A DNA stretch of 51,886 nt, counting the filler, from Candidatus Omnitrophota bacterium (GTDB taxonomy: Bacteria > Omnitrophota > Gorgyraeia > Zapsychrales > JBDRMG01), in NCBI GenBank assembly GCA_043812495.1. It is 3 parts of 3 records of this genome, joined end to end, with 100 filler letters (N's around TTAATTAATTAA, not from the genome) between each part and the next. Parts side by side here need not be neighbours in the genome. Positions count along the whole stretch, not along the records: positions 19,059 to 42,840 come from JBDRMG010000062.1; 2 more parts are not named here. One strand, written 5' to 3'. Made by a program: the position numbers and the translations under genes. The notes under the pieces are model-generated. The model made no database searches and was not told where the DNA came from. It saw only the letters and a program-made list of their open reading frames with translations. Below, piece by piece: positions 26,249 to 36,314 of the stretch (positions are counted from its first letter, which is position 1; the number at the start of each line of letters is the position of its first letter).

Positions 26249-27997
26249 ATGAAAATAAAAACAATTTTATTCTTACTTTGTGGTTTTGTCTTAAGCTATT
26301 TACTTCTTGACTGCGAAGCGCAACAGCCAAAGCAAGATTATCGGATGACGATTGAAAATGTGCTCAACGACTTTGAAGGCAAGCTCAAAGACGAAGAGCA
26401 AAATCCGGCCTTGACGAACTCCGAAGAACTCCGCGAAGAGCCTGTGGAAGATTCCCAAAACAAGCCTGTCGGCAAGCCCGTGGAAATGCTGAAAAAGCCT
26501 TCCCAAGAGATTCCAGGCAAGCAAGAAAGAAAACTTGCTTCCCCAAAGGCAAACCAAGCCTCTTCTGATCAGGGATCTCTCTTGGAAACAAAAGAGACGG
26601 ATCCTGGGCGCATACTTCTGGATGTCCTGGAACTCAAAGATATGGATATCGACGATGTTCTGAAACTGATTTCCAAAAAAAGCGGGCTCAACATTGTTAA
26701 GGGCCGCGATGTCAAAGGCCGCATCACGATTTACTTGAAAAATGTTGACGTTCGAGATGCCTTGCGCATTATTCTCGAATCCAATGACCTGGCTTACGCG
26801 GAAGACGGAAAAATTATCCGCGTCATGACCGCGAAGGATTATGAGCTCACCTACGGTCACCGCTTCGGCGAAAAAACAGAAATCCGCACCGTGCAGCTCA
26901 AGCACGCGTCGGCGGCCGATACCATTAACCTTTTGACGCAGGTCAAGGGCGTGGTGGGAAAGGTGATCGCGGACGAAAAATCCAACACGCTTGTCTTGAT
27001 CGATACACCCGATAAGCTGGATTCCATGGAAGAGCTGATCCGGCAAATCGACGTGCCGATAGAGACGAAAGTGTTTGATCTCAGCTATGCGAACGCCGAG
27101 GAAATTGCCGGAAAAATCAACGAGGCCCTGACAAGAAATGTCGGCACCGTGAAATTCGACGCGCGCTCCAACAAAGTTTTTGTCACGGATACTCCTCAAA
27201 AACTCAAGGCCGTAGAAGAAATCATTAAGGCCTTTGACGAAAAACATAAGGAAGTTTCGATTGAGGCCAAAATCATCCAGCTGACTTTAAGCGACCAATA
27301 CAAAATGGGCGTTGATTGGGAGGCCATTGTTTCGGATTACCATGCCTTGGATTTAACGGGGAGCTTCGATATTTTGACAAGCTCGGATAAGAAGGGAAAG
27401 CTGAGCGTCGGAACGATTTCCGCGGATGATTACACGGTCTTGATCGAAGCCCTCGATAGCGTCGGAACAACCAATATTCTTTCGAGCCCGAGCATCACGG
27501 TGATCAATAACGAAGAGGCCAAGATCCTGGTGGGGTCCACGGAACCCTATGTCACGACCACTACGACAACGCCCGCAAGCGGAGCCACCACAACCGCCGA
27601 AAGCGTCAATTTCATTGATGTCGGCGTAAAATTGTATGTGACACCGACGATTCACAATGATGGCTACATCACGATGCAGATCAAGCCGGAAGTCAGTTCC
27701 GTGACGCGGTTCTTGACAACGGGCAACAATAATACGATCCCTGTGGTCGAAACATCGGAAGCGGAAACAAAAGTGATGGTTAAAGACGGCGTCACCATCG
27801 TAATTGGCGGTCTCATTAAGGATGAAAAAATCGAAACCGTCAATAAAGTTCCCTTGCTGGGCGATATTCCGCTTTTGGGTTTGGCGTTTCGCAACAAAGA
27901 CAAGTTATTGCGCAAAACGGAAATCATTATTTTCTTAACACCAAAAATTATTTCCGGCGACATCGAAACACAAAGACATTTTGGTTCCGGCACCTAA
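26249..27997 (+). CDS. Secretin (GspD/PilQ family)
   Basis: N0/N-domain repeats, VSIEAKI, LSSP..NNEEA, V.DG.TIVIGGLI, KVPLLGDIP. An alternative start is at 26216. Confidence 0.95.
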   Translation: MKIKTILFLLCGFVLSYLLLDCEAQQPKQDYRMTIENVLNDFEGKLKDEEQNPALTNSEELREEPVEDSQNKPVGKPVEMLKKPSQEIPGKQERKLASPKANQASSDQGSLLETKETDPGRILLDVLELKDMDIDDVLKLISKKSGLNIVKGRDVKGRITIYLKNVDVRDALRIILESNDLAYAEDGKIIRVMTAKDYELTYGHRFGEKTEIRTVQLKHASAADTINLLTQVKGVVGKVIADEKSNTLVLIDTPDKLDSMEELIRQIDVPIETKVFDLSYANAEEIAGKINEALTRNVGTVKFDARSNKVFVTDTPQKLKAVEEIIKAFDEKHKEVSIEAKIIQLTLSDQYKMGVDWEAIVSDYHALDLTGSFDILTSSDKKGKLSVGTISADDYTVLIEALDSVGTTNILSSPSITVINNEEAKILVGSTEPYVTTTTTTPASGATTTAESVNFIDVGVKLYVTPTIHNDGYITMQIKPEVSSVTRFLTTGNNNTIPVVETSEAETKVMVKDGVTIVIGGLIKDEKIETVNKVPLLGDIPLLGLAFRNKDKLLRKTEIIIFLTPKIISGDIETQRHFGSGT

Positions 27998-28005
27998 TAC
28001 TTGAT

Positions 28006-29022
28006 ATGAAAAAATTGATTTGGATTATTTTTGCGCTTGCTTGGATGACCCAGGGGTGCGCCACAGCGCCCTCGGTTGATCTTTCAACAGAAGAATTGTC
28101 CCTGAAGGATCTTTGTCAGCGTTACGGCATTCAATGGCAATTGGATAGTGTCAGCCAGGTCGTAAAATTAAACCGCGGTTCGCTGGAAGCCAAAGCCCTC
28201 GTAGGGAGCACCCGCGTTATTTTGGGGGATGAAAAAATTACCTTAAGCGCACCTGTCAGCCGGCAACGCGGGTCGGTGTATGTTCCCTATGATTTTAAAA
28301 CCAAGGTGATTAATCGCCTGATCAAAGAGACTGGCACGGCGACTCAGCGATTTGGGATGGTTGTGATTGATGCGGGCCATGGGGGAAGGGATCCCGGAGC
28401 CACCGGCATCACGGGATTGGTTGAAAAAGATGTCAACTTGGAAATCGCCAGAAAAGTGAAAAGAATTCTTGAGAACAACGGGATTCGTGTCAAAATGACT
28501 CGCGACCGGGATGAATATCTGACGCTTGAAGAGCGCGCTCAACATGTTGATCCTTCCGAAGCGGATTTGTTCGTGAGTATCCACGCAAACGCAAGCACGT
28601 CCCGACGTTCGAGTGGTCTTGAGATTTATTGCCTTAAGGATCTGGACGACCGGCTCAAAAGAGAAATTCGCCAGGAAAAGATCTATCAGCCGGTTTTAAA
28701 TTCCCTGGATAAAAGAAAAAACGACGAAACGCTGGATGAAATTCTTCTGGATATGCTCTACGCGCACAAGCAGGGCGAATCAGAGGCTTTGGCAAAAAAT
28801 ATCGCGGAGAAGATGGCGAAGGATTTAAATGCGGACAGCGGGAGCTGCCGAACGGCCGGTTTCGCTGTCTTGAAAAATACTCTTGTCCCGGCTATTTTGG
28901 TGGAAGTCGGTTATTTATCGAATAAAAAAGAAGAAGAGCTCTTAAGGACAGAATCTTACCGCCAAAAGGTGGCGGAGAGTTTAGCGCAAAGCATCTTACA
29001 GTATGTCAGAAAAACTCAATAA
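28006..29022 (+). CDS. N-acetylmuramoyl-L-alanine amidase (Amidase_3), lipoprotein
   Basis: IDAGHGG.DPGA, EK, SIHAN, LVEVGYLSN; TQGC lipobox-like. Confidence 0.95.
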   Translation: MKKLIWIIFALAWMTQGCATAPSVDLSTEELSLKDLCQRYGIQWQLDSVSQVVKLNRGSLEAKALVGSTRVILGDEKITLSAPVSRQRGSVYVPYDFKTKVINRLIKETGTATQRFGMVVIDAGHGGRDPGATGITGLVEKDVNLEIARKVKRILENNGIRVKMTRDRDEYLTLEERAQHVDPSEADLFVSIHANASTSRRSSGLEIYCLKDLDDRLKREIRQEKIYQPVLNSLDKRKNDETLDEILLDMLYAHKQGESEALAKNIAEKMAKDLNADSGSCRTAGFAVLKNTLVPAILVEVGYLSNKKEEELLRTESYRQKVAESLAQSILQYVRKTQ

Positions 29023-29818
29023 AAACTATGCCATCGGCGTTTTTGACTCGGGACTTGGGGGCTTGACGGTCGTCAAGGAATTGATCCGCCAACTGCCGCA
29101 CGAGCACATTGTCTATTTTGGCGATACGGCGCGTGTTCCCTACGGAACCAAATCCAAAGAATCCATTCTTCGTTTTTCCAAAGAAAACACAAAATTACTT
29201 CTTCGCTATCATGTCAAGGCGATCGTGGTGGCCTGCAACACGTCGTCCTCGATTGCTGTCGCGGCTTTGCGCAAACAGTTTTCCGTTCCGATCATCGACG
29301 TTATTTATCCCGGTGCGCGTAAAGCCGTCGGTGTCACAAAAAACAAAACAATCGGCGTGATCGCAACGCAAGCGACCATCGCAAGTCAAGCGTATACCAA
29401 AAGGGTAAAAGGAATCAGCCCGAGAGTCCGCGTGATTGCTCAGGCTTGTCCGCTCTTTGTTCCGCTCGCCGAAGAAGGATGGTTCGATCATTCCGTAAGC
29501 CTGGCAGTCGCTCAAATGTACCTAAAGCCGTTAAAGGCAAAAAACATTGATACACTGATTTTGGGTTGCACGCATTATCCTCTTTTGGCTTCCGTGATTC
29601 AAAAAACGATGGGGCCGAAGGTTCATTTGATTGATTCCGCCAAAGAGGTGGCCTTGGAGGTCGAAAAACTTCTTGTTCAAAAAGATTTGATGCGCTCCCT
29701 AGCGACCAAGGGCCGGCATTTATTTCTGGTGAGCGATGAGCCTGATCATTTTCAAATTCTTGCCAGACGATTTCTCGGCCGAGCCATCAAAAACGTCAAG
29801 AGAGTGCCTCATGTTTGA
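29003..29818 (+). CDS. murI: Glutamate racemase
   Basis: FDSGLGG, PYGTKS, ACNT, LGCTHYP. Confidence 0.97.
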   Translation: MSEKLNKNYAIGVFDSGLGGLTVVKELIRQLPHEHIVYFGDTARVPYGTKSKESILRFSKENTKLLLRYHVKAIVVACNTSSSIAVAALRKQFSVPIIDVIYPGARKAVGVTKNKTIGVIATQATIASQAYTKRVKGISPRVRVIAQACPLFVPLAEEGWFDHSVSLAVAQMYLKPLKAKNIDTLILGCTHYPLLASVIQKTMGPKVHLIDSAKEVALEVEKLLVQKDLMRSLATKGRHLFLVSDEPDHFQILARRFLGRAIKNVKRVPHV

Positions 29819-30182
29819 GCTCGTGATCCGCGGTGAATTTGCCGCTTCTCATCGGATCAAAGGCCATAACGGTAAATGCAAAAATCTTCACGGGCACACC
29901 TGGAAGGTGGAGGCGGTTCTTTTGGCTTCGCGCTTGAATTCCATAGGCCTGACGGTTGATTTCAAAATTCTGAAAAAGACATTAGATACCTTTTTGGATC
30001 AGCTGGATCATTCCTATCTCAATGATTTGCCTTTTTTCAAGACAAAGAATCCTTCGACGGAAAATATCGCGAAATTTATTTTTGAGGGACTTGCGAAACA
30101 ATTCCGTCCTCTACGTCTTAAGCAAGTGACGGTTTGGGAATCCGATCGCGCGGGCCTAACGTATTATTCCCGCAGGATATGA
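29811..30182 (+). CDS. queD: 6-carboxytetrahydropterin synthase
   Basis: FAASH, CKNLHGH, LDHSYLN, STENIA, VWES. Confidence 0.95.
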   Translation: MFELVIRGEFAASHRIKGHNGKCKNLHGHTWKVEAVLLASRLNSIGLTVDFKILKKTLDTFLDQLDHSYLNDLPFFKTKNPSTENIAKFIFEGLAKQFRPLRLKQVTVWESDRAGLTYYSRRI

Positions 30183-30865
30183 AAAAGAAAAAGAAAAAGA
30201 AAGCCGTTGTCTTGCTCTCCGGAGGCTTGGATTCGACGACAACGCTCTATGATGCCAAAGCCAAAGGTTATCGCGTTCGCGCGTTGATTTTTGATTACGG
30301 ACAGAGACACAAAAAGGAAGTCCGGCAGGCCGAAAAAATAGCCCGTCTCGCGCGCTGTGAATATCGCGTGATTAAACTTCCGTTTTCCTGGAAAGGATCC
30401 GCTCTTTTAGACGGCAAGATGTCTTTGCCGCGCGGGAGGAATCTCAAAACGATTTCAAAAAAGAAGATTCCTTCCACGTACGTGCCGGCAAGAAACATTG
30501 TTTTTTTGAGTATCGCGGCCTCCGTCGCCGAGAGTTGGGGGGCGCGGAAAATATTTATCGGCGCGAATGCCCGGGATTATTCCGGATATCCCGACTGCCG
30601 GCCGGAATTTTTTCGGGCCTTTGCGGCGGTTCTCACCCGGGGAACGAAATCCGGAGTTGAACACAAGGCCATCAAAATCGAAACTCCGCTCATTCACAAG
30701 ACCAAAGAACAAATTATTCGCATGGGCAGGCGGTTGGGCGTGCCGTATCAGCTGACATGGTCCTGTTATCGGGGCGGCCAAAGGCCCTGCGGCACCTGCG
30801 ACAGCTGTCTGCTGCGCCAAAAAGGGTTCGCACAATTGAATCTCAAGGATCCGGTATTGACATGA
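30179..30865 (+). CDS. queC: 7-cyano-7-deazaguanine synthase
   Basis: SGGLDS, YVPARN, YPDCR, SCY..CGTCDSC. Confidence 0.97.
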   Translation: MKKKKKKKAVVLLSGGLDSTTTLYDAKAKGYRVRALIFDYGQRHKKEVRQAEKIARLARCEYRVIKLPFSWKGSALLDGKMSLPRGRNLKTISKKKIPSTYVPARNIVFLSIAASVAESWGARKIFIGANARDYSGYPDCRPEFFRAFAAVLTRGTKSGVEHKAIKIETPLIHKTKEQIIRMGRRLGVPYQLTWSCYRGGQRPCGTCDSCLLRQKGFAQLNLKDPVLT

Positions 30866-31551
30866 AAGCCAAAATCACGGAAGTATTCGAATCCATTCAA
30901 GGGGAAGGCAAGTATACGGGCCAGCGCCAGATTTTTGTCCGCTTTTTCGGTTGCAATATGGATTGCGTGTGGTGTGATACACCCTTATCGGGGAATCACG
31001 CGGACGCTCATTATCAAGAGTTTGACCTCCAGGAATTATTCAATTACGTTTGCTCTTTTACACGTGATATCCACAGCATCAGCCTGACCGGCGGCGAACC
31101 GCTTCTGCAGAAAAATTTTCTGAAAGAATTTTTAAGGTCTTTGAAGGCGAACAATTTTACAACGTATCTGGAAACAAACGGCGTCCTTCACGAAGAGCTC
31201 AAAGACCTGCTGGACGACGTGGATATCATTGCGATGGATTTGAAGATGCCCACTTCGACGCGAAGACGGGCGTGGTGGGCCGAGCATGAAGAATTTTTGA
31301 AGATCGCCTGCGCCAAAGAAGTCTTTGTCAAGGCCGTTATTTCGCTTAAAACCACTGAAGAGGATTTTATGCGCTCTGTGCGGTTGGTCGCGAAGATTGA
31401 TCCAAAAATACTTTATATCATTCAGCCGAATTATCTGGATTTGGAGAAAAATATTTTGGACAAATGTTTACAATTTCAGGAAGAGGGCTTAAGCCTCCTT
31501 GCCAATATCAAAGTCATGCCGCAGATGCATAAACTGATCGGCGTCAGATAG
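30862..31551 (+). CDS. queE: 7-carboxy-7-deazaguanine synthase (radical SAM)
   Basis: SIQGEG, CNMDCVWCDT, TGGEP, ETNG, PQMHK. Confidence 0.95.
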   Translation: MKAKITEVFESIQGEGKYTGQRQIFVRFFGCNMDCVWCDTPLSGNHADAHYQEFDLQELFNYVCSFTRDIHSISLTGGEPLLQKNFLKEFLRSLKANNFTTYLETNGVLHEELKDLLDDVDIIAMDLKMPTSTRRRAWWAEHEEFLKIACAKEVFVKAVISLKTTEEDFMRSVRLVAKIDPKILYIIQPNYLDLEKNILDKCLQFQEEGLSLLANIKVMPQMHKLIGVR

Positions 31552-31556
31552 GAACA

Positions 31557-31964
31557 ATGAAGAATAAAAAGACATACGAAGGGCTGCAGGACAAGATCCG
31601 CTCGCTCAAAACACCCGCGATTGACGTCTGGGAAAATAAATATCCGGACCGGGACTATAGGGTTCATGTGTCGATTCCGGAATTTACCTGCATTTGCCCG
31701 AAGACCGGCCTGCCGGACTTTGCCGTAATCACCATCGATTACAAACCAGGGAAGACATGCCTTGAGCTCAAATCGCTCAAGATGTATACAATTTTTTACC
31801 GCAATATCGGTATTTTTCATGAACACCTGACCAACAAAATTCTTGATGATTGCGTGAAGGCCTGCCGGCCGCGGTGGATGAGAATCGAGGTCATTATGAA
31901 TCCGAGGGGCGGCATTCAGACGACTGTTGTGGCCGAGTATCCACAGATTCGGAAAAAACGATAA
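31557..31964 (+). CDS. queF: preQ0 reductase (type I)
   Basis: EFTCICPKTGLPDF, ELKSLK, FHE, RGGI. Confidence 0.96.
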   Translation: MKNKKTYEGLQDKIRSLKTPAIDVWENKYPDRDYRVHVSIPEFTCICPKTGLPDFAVITIDYKPGKTCLELKSLKMYTIFYRNIGIFHEHLTNKILDDCVKACRPRWMRIEVIMNPRGGIQTTVVAEYPQIRKKR

Positions 31965-31991
31965 ATTTGAAATCGTTTTTAGACATTATCT

Positions 31992-32119
31992 AAACGCGGA
32001 TTCACGCAAATCCAACGCAGATGTTCGCAGATTTATTTCCTGAATTATCTGCGATAATCTGCCCGCCTCGGCTCTCGCCTCAGCGAGGCCGGGCGTTTGA
32101 TCCGCGATGATCTGCGTTT
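31992..32119. repeat. ~10-mer CGCAGAT/ATCTGCG repeat palindrome with a nested hairpin insert
   Basis: ACGCGGAT/ACGCAAAT/ACGCAGAT/TCGCAGAT, then ATCTGCG units, one of which is split by CCGCCTCGGCTCTCGCCTCAGCGAGGCCGGGC. Confidence 0.7.
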
Positions 32120-32171
32120 AAAATGTTTAACATCTTTCTTCTTTGTAATTATTTCTAAAGAAAGGATTAAT

Positions 32172-32888
32172 ATGATACGACAAGACGGACGCGCTCTGGA
32201 TAAACTGCGCAAAATCAAAATTACCAAAAACTATTCAAAATACGCGGAAGGCTCCTGCCTGATCGAATGCGGGGATACCCGCGTGGTCTGCACGGCAACC
32301 GTCGAGGAATTTGTCCCGCACTTTCTGAAAAACACCGGTTCCGGCTGGGTCACGGCCGAATACGGAATGCTGCCGCGCTCCTGCGAATCGAGAATTTTGC
32401 GCGACAAACCCTCGGGACGCCGCTACGAAATTCAGCGCCTCATCGGCCGGTCGCTGCGCAGTGTCGTGGATATGGGCCGATTGGGTGAGCGCACGATCAA
32501 AATTGACTGCGATGTCCTTCAGGCCGACGGCGGCACGCGCACGGCCTCGATTACGGGCGGTTTTATCGCTTTAGCCGAAGCGCTTTTAGCGCAGAAGAAA
32601 AAAGGCACCGTGCCTCAGCTGCCCTTAACCGATTATGTGGCGGCGATCAGCGTCGGGCTGGTGGATGAAAAAATATTATTGGATTTGACGTACGACGAAG
32701 ATTCAAAGGCCGATACCGACATGAACGTTGTCATGCTCGGGGACGGTAAATTCATCGAGGTCCAAGGAACCGCCGAAGGCCGCGCCTTCACCAAAAGCCA
32801 GATGGACAAACTCCTCGACGTGGCCAAAAACGGCATCGAAGAGTTAATTGCCCTGCAGAAAAAGACTCTCGGAGAACTCGTCTTGTGA
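32172..32888 (+). CDS. rph: Ribonuclease PH
   Basis: [50 protein letters not shown]. Confidence 0.98.
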   Translation: MIRQDGRALDKLRKIKITKNYSKYAEGSCLIECGDTRVVCTATVEEFVPHFLKNTGSGWVTAEYGMLPRSCESRILRDKPSGRRYEIQRLIGRSLRSVVDMGRLGERTIKIDCDVLQADGGTRTASITGGFIALAEALLAQKKKGTVPQLPLTDYVAAISVGLVDEKILLDLTYDEDSKADTDMNVVMLGDGKFIEVQGTAEGRAFTKSQMDKLLDVAKNGIEELIALQKKTLGELVL

Positions 32889-32966
32889 ATTCTCCAAGAA
32901 GACCAAAGAGTTAATATATTTTCCTCTCGCTCGCTATGGCGCGTTCAATAGCATATAAGTGATCCT

Positions 32967-35207
32967 ATGAAAAACGGACTATTGATTTTAACACTATCGT
33001 TGTTTTTGATGATTCCTTCGACAGCCTTTGCCGGCGATGGGTTGCCCCGCAGCTTTTCAGAGGATTTTGACCGTCTTTTTCTTTCCAAAGAGCCTGTTCT
33101 CTATTGTGATAATTTTCGTTTGCTTCGGGAAGTCCCTGAGTCGGAGGGCTTATCCAAGGCAGAAAGGGATTTGCTCCGTCAGAAACTAAAAACATTTCTA
33201 CTGGCCAGCCAGTCGCAAGAAAGAGCTTCCTCCAGGGATTATGTATTTACGTCGGATTGCACTCCTCCCGGAGTGGCCAGCCCGATCGCCTTCCTAAGGC
33301 TTGAAAGTGTGTCTCTTCTAGGCCGGGTTGGCGAAAAAGGAGATATCCCTTTTATCGAAAGCCTGGATCAAGGACCGGATAACGGGTTTAATCATCCATT
33401 TTTTAAAGACGAATGCAGAAAAGCAATCGAAAATATTCGTCTTTCCCCGGAAGAAGAGCTTTCTTTGCTGCGGAAAAAAATATCAGACATGGGAAATCGT
33501 TGCACGCCCCAGAAAGGAACTTCGAAAGAAGAAGTGGAAAGAGTTTTCGGAGCAGGCGAAGAATCGATGTTTGATACCTTCCCCTCTCGACCCGAGGGCA
33601 GCGCATATTATATTTACAATTTTTGTAAAGATGGGATTTTGCATGTCGTTTACTTAAATGATTTGGCGTGGAGGGCTCATTTTGAGGATTATTTTACTGT
33701 CCAACAACGAGAAAAACGTCCTCCCATTGAAGAGCTTATAAGAGAGGCTCGAGGCAGGCTCCGACAAATGGAAATTATATACTCGGCCTATTTAGAAAGA
33801 ATTCAAGATCTTTCACTGGCTCAATCTCTTGCGCTTACTATCCAATGCGATAAGAAGGCATATGATTTTAACGAAGAGATTACCTTCTGGCTCACATTAA
33901 AGAATTTATCTTCGCAAACGATACAAGACGTTCCGCGGCTCCTATGGTCTTCTCGAATCATATTTGACGGTGAAGAATATACCCGCCCGCATGGAAAAGA
34001 TTGGAGCGCTCCTCCTTGGAGCGGTCCCGCGAAGATTCGGCCGAATGCAGAAATTGGTTTTGGCCTCGGGCTATCGGATTACGAAGTTCCCAAGGATAAG
34101 TTGACAGCCGGTCAGCACCACATGGCTGTCAAAATCAAAGGAATCACTTCCAACACCATTACCGTAGAGGTTGCCGGGAAAACAGAAAAGAAAAATCAGC
34201 CCCTTGCGCTCACCATCCAATCGGACAAGCCGGTGTATGAGGCGGGGGAGCCTATCCTTATTAAATATAGCCTTAAGAACAATGCTCCAGAATCAATGAA
34301 AATATTAGCTTATGGAGGAAATTTCGGATTTCAATTCGGTAATCCTTTTAGCGTCAAAGATTCTAAGGATAATATTTTGCTATACACAGGGCTTATGAAA
34401 CAAAGGCCAGAACCCACAGAAGAAGATTATGTTACTATGAAACCGGGAGATATTTTAGAAAATGAGTATAGACTGGATTTGTTCTATGATATGACGAAAC
34501 CTTCAACATATTCCGTAGGATGCAATGAATGGCAACTCGACATGCTTTCTGATACTGGTATAGCCTCCAACACCATCCAGATAGAGGTGGTGGATAATGG
34601 ACTTTCTTTGGATATAGATAAGGTGAGGGCAGACTTTGCGGCGTTAAAAAAGAAATGGGAAATTGAAGAAGAGCAGAACAGGCATCGTTCGGATGATGTG
34701 TCCTATTGGCAAGGAGAAGCAGGTCAAGCCATTCTTGCAATGGGAAAAAAGGCTCTTCCTTTCGTGATGGAAGAAATTAAACAAGGCAATCTTCTTTATA
34801 ATTGGGCTGCATGGCAGATTACTGGGATACGCATGAATGGCAAACCATCTGGAAGCGCGCAAGATGTAAGTCAAAACTGGATTCGTTGGTGGGAAGAAAA
34901 CAAGAATCATTCTGAATGGAATATTTTTATTTCCCAAGCGGTAAAAGAGAAAAAAGATTTAACCGGGGAAGAAGCCATGGATATGGCTCAACAAGCCCTC
35001 GGGAATTTGACTAAAGACGCAGAGAGATATTATTTTAAAGATATTAGAGAAATCAAGAGGGATGAGCGGGATATTTGGTTTGCGACCTTTGATTTAAAAG
35101 AGAAATTGAAACAGATGAGAGATAAAAGGGCACAGACAGCAGGAGGTGAAGTTTTTATTTCTATAGATAAAAAGACTGGAGAAGTATCTGTCGGATACGG
35201 AGACTAA
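32967..35207 (+). CDS. Secreted modular hypothetical protein (two beta-rich LTI.DK...SNTI.EV modules plus a GTxKEEV module)
   Basis: Signal peptide ending AFA|G; modules shared with the next two genes. Confidence 0.8.
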   Translation: MKNGLLILTLSLFLMIPSTAFAGDGLPRSFSEDFDRLFLSKEPVLYCDNFRLLREVPESEGLSKAERDLLRQKLKTFLLASQSQERASSRDYVFTSDCTPPGVASPIAFLRLESVSLLGRVGEKGDIPFIESLDQGPDNGFNHPFFKDECRKAIENIRLSPEEELSLLRKKISDMGNRCTPQKGTSKEEVERVFGAGEESMFDTFPSRPEGSAYYIYNFCKDGILHVVYLNDLAWRAHFEDYFTVQQREKRPPIEELIREARGRLRQMEIIYSAYLERIQDLSLAQSLALTIQCDKKAYDFNEEITFWLTLKNLSSQTIQDVPRLLWSSRIIFDGEEYTRPHGKDWSAPPWSGPAKIRPNAEIGFGLGLSDYEVPKDKLTAGQHHMAVKIKGITSNTITVEVAGKTEKKNQPLALTIQSDKPVYEAGEPILIKYSLKNNAPESMKILAYGGNFGFQFGNPFSVKDSKDNILLYTGLMKQRPEPTEEDYVTMKPGDILENEYRLDLFYDMTKPSTYSVGCNEWQLDMLSDTGIASNTIQIEVVDNGLSLDIDKVRADFAALKKKWEIEEEQNRHRSDDVSYWQGEAGQAILAMGKKALPFVMEEIKQGNLLYNWAAWQITGIRMNGKPSGSAQDVSQNWIRWWEENKNHSEWNIFISQAVKEKKDLTGEEAMDMAQQALGNLTKDAERYYFKDIREIKRDERDIWFATFDLKEKLKQMRDKRAQTAGGEVFISIDKKTGEVSVGYGD

Positions 35208-35245
35208 TGAAGCGGCAAATAGACTTCCTCAAAGGAGCAGTTTAG

Positions 35246-36301
35246 ATGAGAAAGATAATATTAATTATTATTCTATCATTCACAGTAGTATCAATTGGTT
35301 ATTGCCAAGAGAATTTAGCACCCCAAGAGGAGCTAGTTTTGCTCCGCAAGAAAATTGCCGAGATTGAGAGTCAATGTACGCCTCAAAAAGGAACCCCAAA
35401 AGAAGAAGTTGAAAGAATTTTTGGGAAAGGTAAACCTGCTCATATTGGAAAATTGCCTGATTATACCGTTACTCCCGACAGCCCCAATCGTTCTTATGAA
35501 CTTTGTAAAGATGGCGTGCTTTTGGTTCATTATAAGGACTGGAGGGTTCAATGGGCACATTATATTGATCCCTATTCAGTTAAGGGACGATTTAAAAAAC
35601 CTTCTATTGAAGAGCAACTACAAGAAGCGAGGCCAAGACTTAAGCAACTAGAAACAATTCAAGTAGCTTATCTTAAAAGAATTAATGAACTCAATAAACC
35701 CCTCCAACTCACCATCAAATCAGATAAGCAGGTGTATGAATTAGGGGAGGAGATTATACTCTTTGCTGAATTCAAAAATACATCTGATGAGCCAATCAAA
35801 ACAGCTGATTACTATAAACCAGGGCCGATAAGTTTTTACTTCAAAAATGAATCTGACCAAAGGTATTGCAAATTATCATTTATTGATTTATTAAGAAGAA
35901 TAATGTCTGTTGAATTCGCTGCTGGGCAATCTGACAAACAAGGGCCATATAACTTGGATTTATTAAAAGGAGATAGCTATAAGCTTTATACGGGTGATGA
36001 AAATTATAGAATCATTGGGATGCTTAACTTATATATGGTCGATGGCAATCTTACCTCCAACACCATACAGATAGAGGTGGTGAAGAAGGGAAGTATAAAT
36101 ATATCGCCTAATAAATTTTGCCAAAGCAATGAAGATTGTAAATGGATAAGGGATTTCTGCGGTTGCCAGGATCTCTGTTTAAATAAGTTCGTCGAGATAG
36201 AAAATTGCCCTGAAAATTATGAAAAGTGTAAATTTGGCGGTTTTGATACATTAATATGCTACTGTGAGAATAATCAATGCGTCCAAGGCCCGAGAGAGTA
36301 A
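35246..36301 (+). CDS. Secreted modular hypothetical protein with Cys-rich C-terminal domain
   Basis: Signal peptide, CTPQKGT.KEEVER module, LTIKSDK..SNTIQIEVV module, tail with many Cys (CQSNEDC...CYCENNQC). Confidence 0.8.
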   Translation: MRKIILIIILSFTVVSIGYCQENLAPQEELVLLRKKIAEIESQCTPQKGTPKEEVERIFGKGKPAHIGKLPDYTVTPDSPNRSYELCKDGVLLVHYKDWRVQWAHYIDPYSVKGRFKKPSIEEQLQEARPRLKQLETIQVAYLKRINELNKPLQLTIKSDKQVYELGEEIILFAEFKNTSDEPIKTADYYKPGPISFYFKNESDQRYCKLSFIDLLRRIMSVEFAAGQSDKQGPYNLDLLKGDSYKLYTGDENYRIIGMLNLYMVDGNLTSNTIQIEVVKKGSINISPNKFCQSNEDCKWIRDFCGCQDLCLNKFVEIENCPENYEKCKFGGFDTLICYCENNQCVQGPRE

Positions 36302-36314
36302 AGGAGCAGTTTAG

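Noticed and set aside
26300..27247. 315-aa minus-strand ORF and similar antisense ORFs over the T2SS, que and PKS genes
   Set aside because: Antisense to well-supported genes, with no motifs of their own.
29811..31964. queDCEF as a possible 7-deazaguanine DNA-modification (dpd) system
   Set aside because: queF is present and no dpdA/tgt-like or other dpd gene is nearby. The housekeeping context fits ordinary queuosine synthesis.
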